A stretch of 64,000 bases of DNA from Alphaproteobacteria bacterium (GTDB lineage: Bacteria > Pseudomonadota > Alphaproteobacteria > UBA8366). Shown here in pieces: positions 55,808-64,000 of the stretch (position 1 is its first letter; each line of letters starts with the position of its first letter). A program made the position numbers and the translations under genes. The stretch is from the NCBI GenBank assembly GCA_965228975.1, contig OZ245851.1, positions 4,405,953 to 4,469,952 on the forward strand, given 5' to 3'. The notes under the pieces were generated by a model, which was not told where the DNA came from, ran no database searches, and saw only the letters and a list, made by a program, of their open reading frames with translations.

Positions 55808-57220
55808 TCAGCACCCCCGCGCCAGGGTCCGAACATCCGCTACAGCGCCGGTCAACGCGGCGGCCGCCGCCATCGCCGGGCTCATCAGATGGGTGCGGCC
55901 GTTCGGTCCCTGCCGGCCCTTGAAATTCCGGTTGGACGTCGAGGCGCACCGCTCGCCCGGCGCCAGGATGTCGCCGTTGATCGCGGTGCAGAGCGAGCAG
56001 CCGGGCTCACGCCATTCGAAGCCGGCCTGCAGGAAAACCCGATCGAGCCCTTCGGATTCGGCTTGCCGCTTCACGAGCTGCGATCCGGGAACCACCCACG
56101 CCGGAATGACGGCGCGGCCCTGAACCGCGACCGCGGCGGCGGCCCGCAAATCCTCGATCCGCGCATTGGTGCAGGATCCGATGAAGACGCGGTCGATGGG
56201 AATGCCGGTCAGCGGCGTCCCCGGTTCCAGGCCCATGTAGTCGAGGGCATCGGTCATGGCGCGGCGGCGGTCCGGGTCCCGCGTGTCCGCCGGATCGGGC
56301 ACGCGGTCGGTCACCGGGACCGCCTGCTCCGGGTTCGTGCCCCAGGTCACCATCGGCGCGATGCGGGTTGCATCGATGGTGCATTCCGTGTCGAAAGCGG
56401 CTTCCGGGTCGGACGGCAGCGTCTTCCAATCCTCGACCGCGTGATCCCACAACGCGCCCTTCGGCGCGTAGGGCCGGCCCGATAGATATGCGAAGGTCGT
56501 ATCATCCGGGGCCACCATACCCGCGCGGCCGCCGGCTTCGATCGACATGTTGCACAGCGTCAGGCGCTGCTCGACCGTCATCGCGCGGACCGCCGACCCG
56601 GCATACTCGATGACATGCCCCGAAGCGCCGCCGGTGCCGATCTCGGCGACGATCGCGATGATCACGTCTTTCGACGTCACGCCGAACGGCAAGGCACCAT
56701 CGACGTCGATCCGCATGGCCTTTGGCCGGCGTTGCCACAAGGTCTGCGTGGCCATCACATGCGCGAGTTCCGACCAGCCGATCCCAAAGGACAACGCGCC
56801 GAGCGCGCCATGGGTCGAGGCGTGGGAGTCGTTCCCGGTCATGACCAGGCCCGGTTGGGAAATCCCCTGCTCCGGTCCGACGATATGAACGATCCCCTGT
56901 GCCGGATCGTCCATCCCGAACAGCCGGATGCCGTGCGCGTCGCTGTTGGCCTCGATCGCCTCGACCATCCCCCGGATTTCCGCGACTTCGATCCCGGCGA
57001 CCCCGCCCGCGCGATCCCCGGTCGGCACGTAGTGGTCGGCGCACGCGGTGAACTGCCCGGGACGCCATACGTCCAGGCCGCGATCCGTCAAGGACCGAAA
57101 GGCGTGAACCGACCCTTCCTCGATAAGGCACCGGTCGATATAGAGCAACGCTTCGTCCTCGACCGTGGCCACCACATTCCGGTCCCAGATCTTGGCGAAC
57201 ATGGTTTTCGGCGCGGGCAT
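55808..57220 (-). CDS. Aconitase-family dehydratase large subunit (LeuC-like)
   Basis: GNDSHASTHGALGA, IGSCTNARIEDL and Fe-S ligand region CSLC...ASTSNRNFKGRQG. Confidence 0.8.
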   Translation of the reverse strand: MPAPKTMFAKIWDRNVVATVEDEALLYIDRCLIEEGSVHAFRSLTDRGLDVWRPGQFTACADHYVPTGDRAGGVAGIEVAEIRGMVEAIEANSDAHGIRLFGMDDPAQGIVHIVGPEQGISQPGLVMTGNDSHASTHGALGALSFGIGWSELAHVMATQTLWQRRPKAMRIDVDGALPFGVTSKDVIIAIVAEIGTGGASGHVIEYAGSAVRAMTVEQRLTLCNMSIEAGGRAGMVAPDDTTFAYLSGRPYAPKGALWDHAVEDWKTLPSDPEAAFDTECTIDATRIAPMVTWGTNPEQAVPVTDRVPDPADTRDPDRRRAMTDALDYMGLEPGTPLTGIPIDRVFIGSCTNARIEDLRAAAAVAVQGRAVIPAWVVPGSQLVKRQAESEGLDRVFLQAGFEWREPGCSLCTAINGDILAPGERCASTSNRNFKGRQGPNGRTHLMSPAMAAAAALTGAVADVRTLARGC

Positions 57221-57383
57221 TCTTTTTCGATCCGGATCGACTTGGCGAGATGGAACCTCAGTCTAATACGCGCCGGTCGCCCCGTTAAGCGATGCCGTCT
57301 CAGGCCGCCCCGGCGGCGTCCGCTCGTGCGCCGCGCGATAATTTGGCAGGATGGACACACCAAATCTGGGAGGAGCATCCGAA

Positions 57384-57788
57384 ATGGCAAAGCTTCGTCA
57401 TGTGGCGCTCAGCGTCGAAGACCCCGACGCTGCGGCAAAATTCTATGAACAGGCCTTCGACATGAAACGGGTCCGTGAGTCCAAATTCGGCGTCATGATG
57501 TCCGACGGAACCGTGAGCCTCGCGCTGCTTAACCTGAAGGTCAACGATAACGCACCGGACGAGCGCGGCGCCGATTTCGTCGGCATCCACCATCTGGGAT
57601 TCCTCGTCGACGATATGGACGAAACCTGCGGATCGGTCGAAGACGCCGGCGGCACGTATCACGGCCAGGTCAGGAGTGTGGGCAAGGGGCCGAAATACGA
57701 ACGCAAGTACCGCGACCCGACCGGCGTCGTGCTGGACGTGGCCACGATCGAGCATGCGGAATCGTCCTGGCGCATTCCCGGCAAGTAG
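57384..57788 (+). CDS. VOC (glyoxalase/bleomycin resistance/dioxygenase) family protein
   Basis: ATG at 57384 preceded by GGGAGGAG. LRHVALSVEDPDAAAKFYEQAF and GIHHLGFLVDD. Confidence 0.7.
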   Translation: MAKLRHVALSVEDPDAAAKFYEQAFDMKRVRESKFGVMMSDGTVSLALLNLKVNDNAPDERGADFVGIHHLGFLVDDMDETCGSVEDAGGTYHGQVRSVGKGPKYERKYRDPTGVVLDVATIEHAESSWRIPGK

Positions 57789-57845
57789 CCGGCCTCGAAG
57801 GACCAGCCCAACGCCCATGCAACCGATAAAGGAAAGAGCGTCGCC

Positions 57846-59024
57846 GTGACCGATGGATTGATCAGCCTACCGATCATCGAAAAACTCATCGGGTTCGATA
57901 CCACCAGCCGGGAATCGAACCTGGACCTGATCGACTACGTGCAAGAGTATCTCGCGGATTTCGGCATCGAGTCGCGCTTGGTGCACGACGAGGACGGACG
58001 GAAGGCGAATTTATACGCCACCGTGGGCCCGGCGGACCGCAGCGGTATTTGTCTTTCCGGCCATACGGACGTGGTGCCGGTGGACGGCCAGGCGTGGGAC
58101 AGCGATCCCTTCGAAGCGCTGGTCAAGGACGGCAAGGTGTTCGGCCGCGGCACGTCGGACATGAAGAGCTTCATCGCCATCGCGCTGGCTTTCGTGCCGC
58201 AGTTGCTCGACCGCGGGCTCAAGACGCCGGTCCATTTCGCCTTCTCCTACGACGAGGAGGTCGGCCACCTCGGCGCCAAGCGTTTGGTCGAGGTAATGCG
58301 GGAAATGCCGGTCAAGCCGGCCATGTGCATCGTCGGCGAACCGACGAGCCTGGGTGTCATTATCGGCCACAAGGGCAAGAAGAAGGTGCGTGTGCATGTG
58401 CACGGCCACGAGGCGCATTCGAGCCTGACGCATGAAGGCGTCAACGCGATCGAATATGCCGCACGCCTGATCGCTTTTATGCAAGGCTTGTCCCGAAAAT
58501 GGCAGAAGGAAGGCCCGTTCGACGAAGACTGCGACGTGCCCTTCACGACCATGCAGGTCGGCCTGATCAGCGGCGGGACCGCGCCCAACATCGTGCCGAA
58601 GAGTTGCAGCTTCAACATGGAGATCAGGCATCTGCCGGCGGTCGACCCGGAGGTCCTGTTCGACGAGATCCGGCGGCACGCTCGCGAGGTGATCGAACCC
58701 GAGATGCAGGCGGTCGCCCCGGACGCTCATTTCGAGTTCGAGGAAACGCCGCCGAATCTGGCGCTCGACACCGACCCGGACGAGCCCGTCGTCGCCTTCG
58801 TCAAACGTCTCGCCGGACAGAACAAGCACGGCAAGGTCGGTTTCGGGACCGAGGCCGGGCTGTTCCAAAAACGCGTCGGCATCCCCACGGTGGTCTGCGG
58901 ACCCGGCGACATCGCCCAGGCGCACAAGCCGAATGAATTCATCACACTTGAGCAAGTCCGCAAGGGAGAGGAGTTCATGGCCCGGCTGGCGGATTACGTC
59001 TGCACCGAAGAACTCGGCGGCTAG
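57846..59024 (+). CDS. M20-family deacylase (acetylornithine deacetylase ArgE-like)
   Basis: GTG start with an AAAGGAAAGAG RBS. LSGHTDVVPV and GRGTSDMKSF motifs. 392 aa. Confidence 0.7.
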   Translation: MTDGLISLPIIEKLIGFDTTSRESNLDLIDYVQEYLADFGIESRLVHDEDGRKANLYATVGPADRSGICLSGHTDVVPVDGQAWDSDPFEALVKDGKVFGRGTSDMKSFIAIALAFVPQLLDRGLKTPVHFAFSYDEEVGHLGAKRLVEVMREMPVKPAMCIVGEPTSLGVIIGHKGKKKVRVHVHGHEAHSSLTHEGVNAIEYAARLIAFMQGLSRKWQKEGPFDEDCDVPFTTMQVGLISGGTAPNIVPKSCSFNMEIRHLPAVDPEVLFDEIRRHAREVIEPEMQAVAPDAHFEFEETPPNLALDTDPDEPVVAFVKRLAGQNKHGKVGFGTEAGLFQKRVGIPTVVCGPGDIAQAHKPNEFITLEQVRKGEEFMARLADYVCTEELGG

Positions 59025-59115
59025 GCCACGGCCCGGTCCGCACTTCGGTTGATCTCCCGGCCCTTCCGGACCGTAAACACCAACGGTGGGTCCGTTCGCG
59101 AGAAAGGGTGCGAGA

Positions 59116-60684
59116 ATGGCAAGCGCGCGTACAGAAAAGGTCCGGCATCTGGTCCTTGTCCTGGGCGACCAGCTCGACGCGGAGTCGTCGGCCCTGGACG
59201 GATTCGACCCGGCGCGCGACACCATCCTCATGATGGAAGTCGGGGAAGAAGCCACCTACGTCCCGCAGCACAAGATCCGGCTCGTCTTGTTCTTTTCGGC
59301 GATGCGCCATTTCCGGCGGACGCTGGAGGAACAGGGCTGCACCGTCCACTATGCGGCCCTCGATGACGCGGACAATCCCGGTTCTTTCGGGGGCGAGATC
59401 GCGCGCTGGGTTCGTAAGACACGGCCGGAAAAAATCATCGTCTGCAAGCCCGGCGATTTCCGCGTCGAAACCGCCCTTGCGAAAGCCGCAGCTGCGGCCT
59501 CCTGCGATCTCGAGATTCGGGCCGACCGCCATTTCATATGCGCGTTGGACGATTTCGAGGCGCACGCGGCGGACCGCAAGACATTGCGGCTCGAAACCTT
59601 CTATCGGGAAATGCGGCGGCGGCACGAGGTGTTGATGGAGGACGGCAAGCCGGTCGGCGGCGCATGGAACTTCGACAAGGACAACCGGGCAAAATTCGGC
59701 AGGGACGGCCCGCCGCACATAAAAGCGCCGCGCGCCTTTCGGCCGGACGACATCACCCGAGAAGTGATCGCGATGGTCGAGCGGCGTTTTCCCGACAGTC
59801 CCGGCCGCCTCGACGGGTTCGACTATCCCGTCACACGCGACCAAGCCCGGGCGGCCCTGCGGGACTTCATCGACCACCGGCTTTGCAACTTCGGCACTTA
59901 TCAGGACGCAATGGTCGCCGGCGAACCCTATCTCTATCACTCGCGGCTGTCCTGCGTGCTCAACCTCCATCTGCTCGACCCGCGCGAGGCAATCGACGCT
60001 GCCGTCACCGCGTATCATGCGGGCGACGCGCCGATCAACGCGGTCGAAGGATTCGTGCGGCAGATCCTCGGCTGGCGGGAGTTCATCCGCGGCATCTACT
60101 GGCTGAAGATGCCGAATTACGCCGACCTGAACGCGCTCGACGCGGAGCTGCCGATGCCTGCGTTCTTTTGGACCGGCGAGACCGACATGAACTGCGTGCG
60201 GCAATCCGTCGGGCAATTGATCGATCACGCCTATGCCCATCACATCCAACGCCTGATGGTCCTCGGCCTGTTCGCCATGCTGCTGGGCGTGCGGCCCTAT
60301 GACGTGCACCGTTGGCATATGTCGATGTATGCCGACGCGGTGGATTGGGTGTCGCTGCCGAACGTGCTGGGCATGAGCCAGTACGGCGACGGCGGCATCG
60401 TCGGCAGCAAACCCTATTGCGCGTCGGGGAACTACATCGACAAGATGAGCGACTACTGCGCCGACTGCCGCTTCAACCCGAAACAGGCGACCGGCGACGA
60501 GGCCTGCCCCTTCACCACCCTGTATTGGGATTTTCTGTCGCGGAACTTCCAACGGATCGAAGGCAACCACCGCATGGGGTTCCAATTGAAGAATCTGGAT
60601 CGCAAGGATGCGCGTGAGCGCCACGCGATCCAGGACCGGGCGGCAACGCTAAAGACACGGATGACCGAAGAAACCTATCTGTAG
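59116..60684 (+). CDS. FeS-BCP type cryptochrome/(6-4) photolyase (PhrB/CryB-like, DPRP family)
   Basis: ATG at 59116 (MASARTEKVRHLVLVLGDQL...). C-terminal Cys pattern C-x2-C-x12-C (YCADCRFNPKQATGDEACPF) plus an upstream Cys, as in [4Fe-4S] photolyases. Confidence 0.75.
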   Translation: MASARTEKVRHLVLVLGDQLDAESSALDGFDPARDTILMMEVGEEATYVPQHKIRLVLFFSAMRHFRRTLEEQGCTVHYAALDDADNPGSFGGEIARWVRKTRPEKIIVCKPGDFRVETALAKAAAAASCDLEIRADRHFICALDDFEAHAADRKTLRLETFYREMRRRHEVLMEDGKPVGGAWNFDKDNRAKFGRDGPPHIKAPRAFRPDDITREVIAMVERRFPDSPGRLDGFDYPVTRDQARAALRDFIDHRLCNFGTYQDAMVAGEPYLYHSRLSCVLNLHLLDPREAIDAAVTAYHAGDAPINAVEGFVRQILGWREFIRGIYWLKMPNYADLNALDAELPMPAFFWTGETDMNCVRQSVGQLIDHAYAHHIQRLMVLGLFAMLLGVRPYDVHRWHMSMYADAVDWVSLPNVLGMSQYGDGGIVGSKPYCASGNYIDKMSDYCADCRFNPKQATGDEACPFTTLYWDFLSRNFQRIEGNHRMGFQLKNLDRKDARERHAIQDRAATLKTRMTEETYL

Positions 60685-60698
60685 GCTGCGCGGCGCGG

Positions 60699-62141
60699 TT
60701 AACCGTCGGTGCCCGTCATGACCTGCACCAGCGCCGAAATATCCGGCATGGTTTCGAGCGCGGCGACCCCGGCGATCAACCGGTCCGCCGTGTCCGCCGG
60801 CATCGCCTCGGCGGCATAGGCCGCACAATCCGCGGCCTTGGCGGCGAATTCAGGTGTCGTCATCACGTTTTTCGGATGACCCTTCGGATAATCGACCCTC
60901 ATTGCCGCCGTCTTGCCGTCTTGGAATTCGACCATCACCTTGGCCGGTGTGATGAATCGGCTCCAGTCCCGGTCGATCTCGTCATCGACATATGTCGACA
61001 CTCGCGATGTAAGGTCGAGCACGTCCTCGCGTTGCAGGCCTTCGTCGGAGAAATGGCGCAGGCTCAGTTCTCCGTCGGTCCAGGCGGCCGCCGCGGCGTA
61101 GGGGATGCTGAACTGTGCCTCAACGATCGTGCGCGGCGCCAATCGGACATGCTCGGGTACGCAGACCATCTGGTAACCGGGCCCGGTCACGCCGACGCGG
61201 ATCGACTTGACGTCGCGCGCGGGCCGGCCCGTCTCCGCGCGCAATAGCAGAACCGCATTGGCCGTCGTGTGCACCGCGCGGCAGCAGGGATAGGGCTTGT
61301 AGCTCAGGTTCAGGAGTTCGAACCGGTGGCCCAGACCTTCACGCACCGCGGCGGGATCGACCTCGTTCCGCAGATAGACCCGGAAGAACCCATCGAGTCC
61401 CTCGAACACATTCTGCGCGCCCCGGATACCGCGCTTGGCGAGCTGCACCGCGACCACCGCCGCCTGGGCGGCGAGCCCCGGTTGCAACCGCTTCATGAGC
61501 GACGCATCGCGCGTCACCTGATGATTGCCCGCCACCGAGCTGTAGACGATGCCGAACGCATTCACCAATTCTTCGGCGGTCAGGCCGAGCGCCCGGCCCG
61601 CCGCCGCCGTCGCGCCGAAATAGCCGAGCAAGGAGGTGTAGATGAAGCCGCTGTCGATGATGTCCAGCTTGCACGCCACGCCGAGACGGCATGTGGTTTC
61701 GATGCCGGCGGCGACCGCCGCGATCAGGTCCGCGCCCGACAGGGTGCCGCGCAGCTGCCCGGCCGCGATCGCCGCGGCAACCGCCGAAACGCCCGCATGC
61801 AGCACGGCGGCGTCATGGGTGTCGTCATAGTCGCGGGCATGGGACATGCCGCCGTTGACCCAGGCGGCGTGATGCGCCGGGAACTTTCCGCCGAAGACGA
61901 ACATATCGGCCTGCGCCGCCCCGCCCCACTCCCGCACGAGGCCCGACACTTCCGCGATCGCCGGCGCGGACGAGCCCGCCAGCGCGCAGGACAGCGTATC
62001 GAGGATGTTGGTCTTGACCGCCTCGACCACCGAAGGGTCGAGGCGCGCCGTGTCGATCGTCGCGGAGAATTGCGCCAGATCGACCACCAGGTCGCGGGGT
62101 CCCACATGCAGGGTTTCGGCTGTCGCGGCATCCGGCGTCAT
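60699..62141 (-). CDS. MmgE/PrpD family protein (2-methylcitrate dehydratase-like)
   Basis: ATG at 62141 preceded by GGGAGAA. LDTLSCALAGSSAP, ARDYDDTHD and KPYPCCR motifs. Confidence 0.8.
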   Translation of the reverse strand: MTPDAATAETLHVGPRDLVVDLAQFSATIDTARLDPSVVEAVKTNILDTLSCALAGSSAPAIAEVSGLVREWGGAAQADMFVFGGKFPAHHAAWVNGGMSHARDYDDTHDAAVLHAGVSAVAAAIAAGQLRGTLSGADLIAAVAAGIETTCRLGVACKLDIIDSGFIYTSLLGYFGATAAAGRALGLTAEELVNAFGIVYSSVAGNHQVTRDASLMKRLQPGLAAQAAVVAVQLAKRGIRGAQNVFEGLDGFFRVYLRNEVDPAAVREGLGHRFELLNLSYKPYPCCRAVHTTANAVLLLRAETGRPARDVKSIRVGVTGPGYQMVCVPEHVRLAPRTIVEAQFSIPYAAAAAWTDGELSLRHFSDEGLQREDVLDLTSRVSTYVDDEIDRDWSRFITPAKVMVEFQDGKTAAMRVDYPKGHPKNVMTTPEFAAKAADCAAYAAEAMPADTADRLIAGVAALETMPDISALVQVMTGTDG

Positions 62142-62323
62142 ATTGTTCTCCCGATAGTGTCGGCGCGGCCGAGCGTGCCCATTCGACTGACCGGGCAACC
62201 GGCCAGTCTGAAAAATTATTGTAGCATGGAAGCCCACATCGATACGCATATTGGCGCGGTGCGCCGGCATTGATCTATCATCCGGGCCGGCGACGCGAAT
62301 TTTCAATGAGTCCGAGGGAGAGC

Positions 62324-63199
62324 ATGGGACGTGAATTGACAGTGGCCTTGGCGCAGACCGGACCCGTACCGAGCGACGATCCCAGTGACGGCGTGACCGA
62401 GGCCTGCGGCTTGATCGAACAGGCCGCCGACGCCAACGCCGACCTGATCTGTTTCGGCGAACTGTTCCTGGCGCCCTTCTTCCCCAACCGGCTGGAAGAG
62501 GATTTCGACCGCTATTTCCTGCACCTGCCGGATTCCCGGATCAGCCCGATCTTCGAGACTGCGAAGGCGCGCCGTCTCGCCATGATTTTCCCGTTCGCGG
62601 AGAAGACCCAGAGCAGCTACTACAACGCCGCCCTGGTGGTCGATACCGACGGCCGGACGGTCGGCACCTATCGCAAGACCCATATTCCCGCCTATTTCCC
62701 GACGGAATTGCAGGGCGGTACCGGCAGCTACGAAAAATTCTATTTCAAGCCCGGCGGCGACTTGCCGGTGTTCGACCTGTGCGGCGCACGCATCGGCATA
62801 CAGATTTGCAATGACCGGCTATATCCCGAACCGAGCCGTGTGCTGGCCCAGCGCGGGGCCGAGATTCTGTTCATGCCGATCTGCTATTCGACCTATGGCG
62901 ACACCGAACACCGCCAATCGCTTTGGGATTTGCCGCTGCGGACGCGCGCCTTCGAGAACGGCGCCTATGTGGTGGCGGTCAACCGGGTCGGCGACGAAGG
63001 CCCGCGCCACCATATCGGCCGCAGCATGGTGGTCAGCCCGCGCGGGGCTATTCTTGCCGAGGCGAGCGACACCGATGTCGAGTTATTGCTCCACACGTTC
63101 GATATCGATGCGGCGGCGGCGGCACGCAAGAAATTCCCGTGGTGGCGCGACCGCCGGCCCGATCTGTACGACGACCTGGTGGCTGGCGAGCAGGATTAG
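62324..63199 (+). CDS. Carbon-nitrogen hydrolase (nitrilase superfamily) protein
   Basis: Glu-Lys-Cys triad contexts: CFGELFL, YRKTHIP, IGIQICNDRLYPE. Start may be 62306 or 62324. Confidence 0.8.
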   Translation: MGRELTVALAQTGPVPSDDPSDGVTEACGLIEQAADANADLICFGELFLAPFFPNRLEEDFDRYFLHLPDSRISPIFETAKARRLAMIFPFAEKTQSSYYNAALVVDTDGRTVGTYRKTHIPAYFPTELQGGTGSYEKFYFKPGGDLPVFDLCGARIGIQICNDRLYPEPSRVLAQRGAEILFMPICYSTYGDTEHRQSLWDLPLRTRAFENGAYVVAVNRVGDEGPRHHIGRSMVVSPRGAILAEASDTDVELLLHTFDIDAAAAARKKFPWWRDRRPDLYDDLVAGEQD

Positions 63200-63211
63200 C
63201 CGCGCATCGCG

Positions 63212-63667
63212 CTATGCAGCCGTCTCCAGCGCCGCACCGTTCAAATGGATGCCCGCCGGTTCGACGGAGAGGGTTTCCAGCGAATGCAGGATATAGGCCG
63301 GCTTGTCGGGCGCGGTCTCGCCCAGCAGTGCCCACAACGTTTCGGACGCCAAATATCCGCTGACCAGCTCCGCCAGACACGCGGGGTTGTCCAGAAGCGT
63401 GCGTACCCCGGGATAGCCCAATGCCACGACGCAGGGAATTTCCAGCCCGCCGTGCTGGGCGTCGTCGCGCTTGCAGTCGTCGACGAACGCGGCGATCCGG
63501 TCGCCGGCACAGCCAACGAAATCCTCGGCCGAGACGACGATCTCGTACCGACGGACCGCAAGTCCGCCGGTGTAATGGCCGAACAACCCGAAATTCATTG
63601 GCGAAACGGCAATAGTCTCCGGCGTCTGCGGTTTTCCGCCGATTCGAATATCGACGCCTGGTGTCAT
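63212..63667 (-). CDS. Hypothetical protein (151 aa, no family recognised)
   Basis: ORF whose third-position GC looks coding-like by eye. No recognisable motif. Confidence 0.45.
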   Translation of the reverse strand: MTPGVDIRIGGKPQTPETIAVSPMNFGLFGHYTGGLAVRRYEIVVSAEDFVGCAGDRIAAFVDDCKRDDAQHGGLEIPCVVALGYPGVRTLLDNPACLAELVSGYLASETLWALLGETAPDKPAYILHSLETLSVEPAGIHLNGAALETAA

Positions 63668-63751
63668 CCGATGTCTCCCATGCGAACCCCAGCTGATCTG
63701 GTGTCCCTGTCTCTCGGACCGCGCCGGAGCCGTCGGTCGCGCAGCCGTTGG

Positions 63752-64000
63752 TTACCGTTTCGCGGATCGGGCGGCGACGTTCAGGATATCGATCTTGCCG
63801 TTCTTCAGCCCGACAGCCAGGAAGCGCCCATCCGGACTCCAGGCCAAAGCTTTGACGCCGCTGGGCGGCCAACCGGCACTGTCCATGGGCCTCAAGCCGG
63901 CGGCGGTCCAAAGACGCACCGTGTCTCTCGAGTACTTATGGCCGGTGAAGGTCGACCCGCTGGCGAGGATTTTTCCGTTCGGACTCCACGCAACCGCGTC
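63752..64000 (-). CDS. WD40/beta-propeller repeat protein, C-terminal end (5' part outside the window)
   Basis: My own reverse translation from position 64000 gives DAVAWSPNGKILASGS...VKALAWSPDGRFLAVGLKNGKIDILNVAARSAKR, then a stop at 63752-63754. This ORF is not in the supplied track because it runs off the edge. Confidence 0.6.
   Translation of the reverse strand, partial: DAVAWSPNGKILASGSTFTGHKYSRDTVRLWTAAGLRPMDSAGWPPSGVKALAWSPDGRFLAVGLKNGKIDILNVAARSAKR

Noticed and set aside
1-64000. Search for mobile elements, integrases, toxin-antitoxin pairs, restriction-modification genes or other defence hallmarks, tRNA/rRNA genes, and strong compositional islands.
   Set aside because: None was found by reading the ORF translations and intergenic DNA. 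The only compositionally distinct stretches are short AT-richer promoter pockets. The absence of tRNA and sRNA genes is based on eye inspection only and should be confirmed with tRNAscan-SE and Infernal.

Overview
GC-rich, densely coding chromosomal window. It is probably alphaproteobacterial; that is an inference from gene content (ccm system I, 7-gene Mrp antiporter, long-form isocitrate dehydrogenase, aa3 oxidase subunit-IV-like mini-protein). Reading by eye, I found no rRNA, tRNA, CRISPR array, transposase, integrase or phage genes, and no recognisable defence-system hallmark.

Gene content, left to right:
- An almost complete cytochrome c maturation cluster, ccmAB-[MFS]-ccmCDEFGHI.
- A divergent GlxA/DJ-1 pair and a DHA2 MFS pump.
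- A TonB-like protein with an odd acidic tail.
- msrP without msrQ, next to a secreted 11-cysteine NPCAAK-repeat mini-protein and an OmpR-type two-component system.
- A CitE/HpcH/ThDP-enzyme trio.
- A 5-gene peptide-type ABC importer.
- An RND pump pair.
- A convergent cluster of PhyH dioxygenase and doubled CoA-transferase facing MFS-DUF1847-DUF169-DapA-like-enoyl-CoA hydratase.
- mrpABCDEFG.
- A stress-type block: DUF465, long IDH, two paralogous tandem-USP genes, an OxyR-like LysR regulator that lacks the sensing cysteine, and a small membrane protein.
- gldA, a LeuCD-like dehydratase with an FAD oxidoreductase, VOC, an ArgE-like deacetylase, an FeS-type (6-4) photolyase/cryptochrome, a PrpD-family protein, a nitrilase-family hydrolase, and a partial WD40 gene.

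I cannot prove that any novel system is present. The three best candidates are:
1. The two-component system, Cys-repeat peptide and msrP module at 13.4-16.8 kb.
2. A local regulon marked by recurring OxyR-type ATWG-N7-CKAT dyads around the Cys199-less OxyR paralogue at 45.9-52.6 kb.
3. The uncharacterised DUF1847/DUF169 operon at 31.6-39.9 kb.

All family calls rest on motif recognition in the supplied translations, not on database searches.
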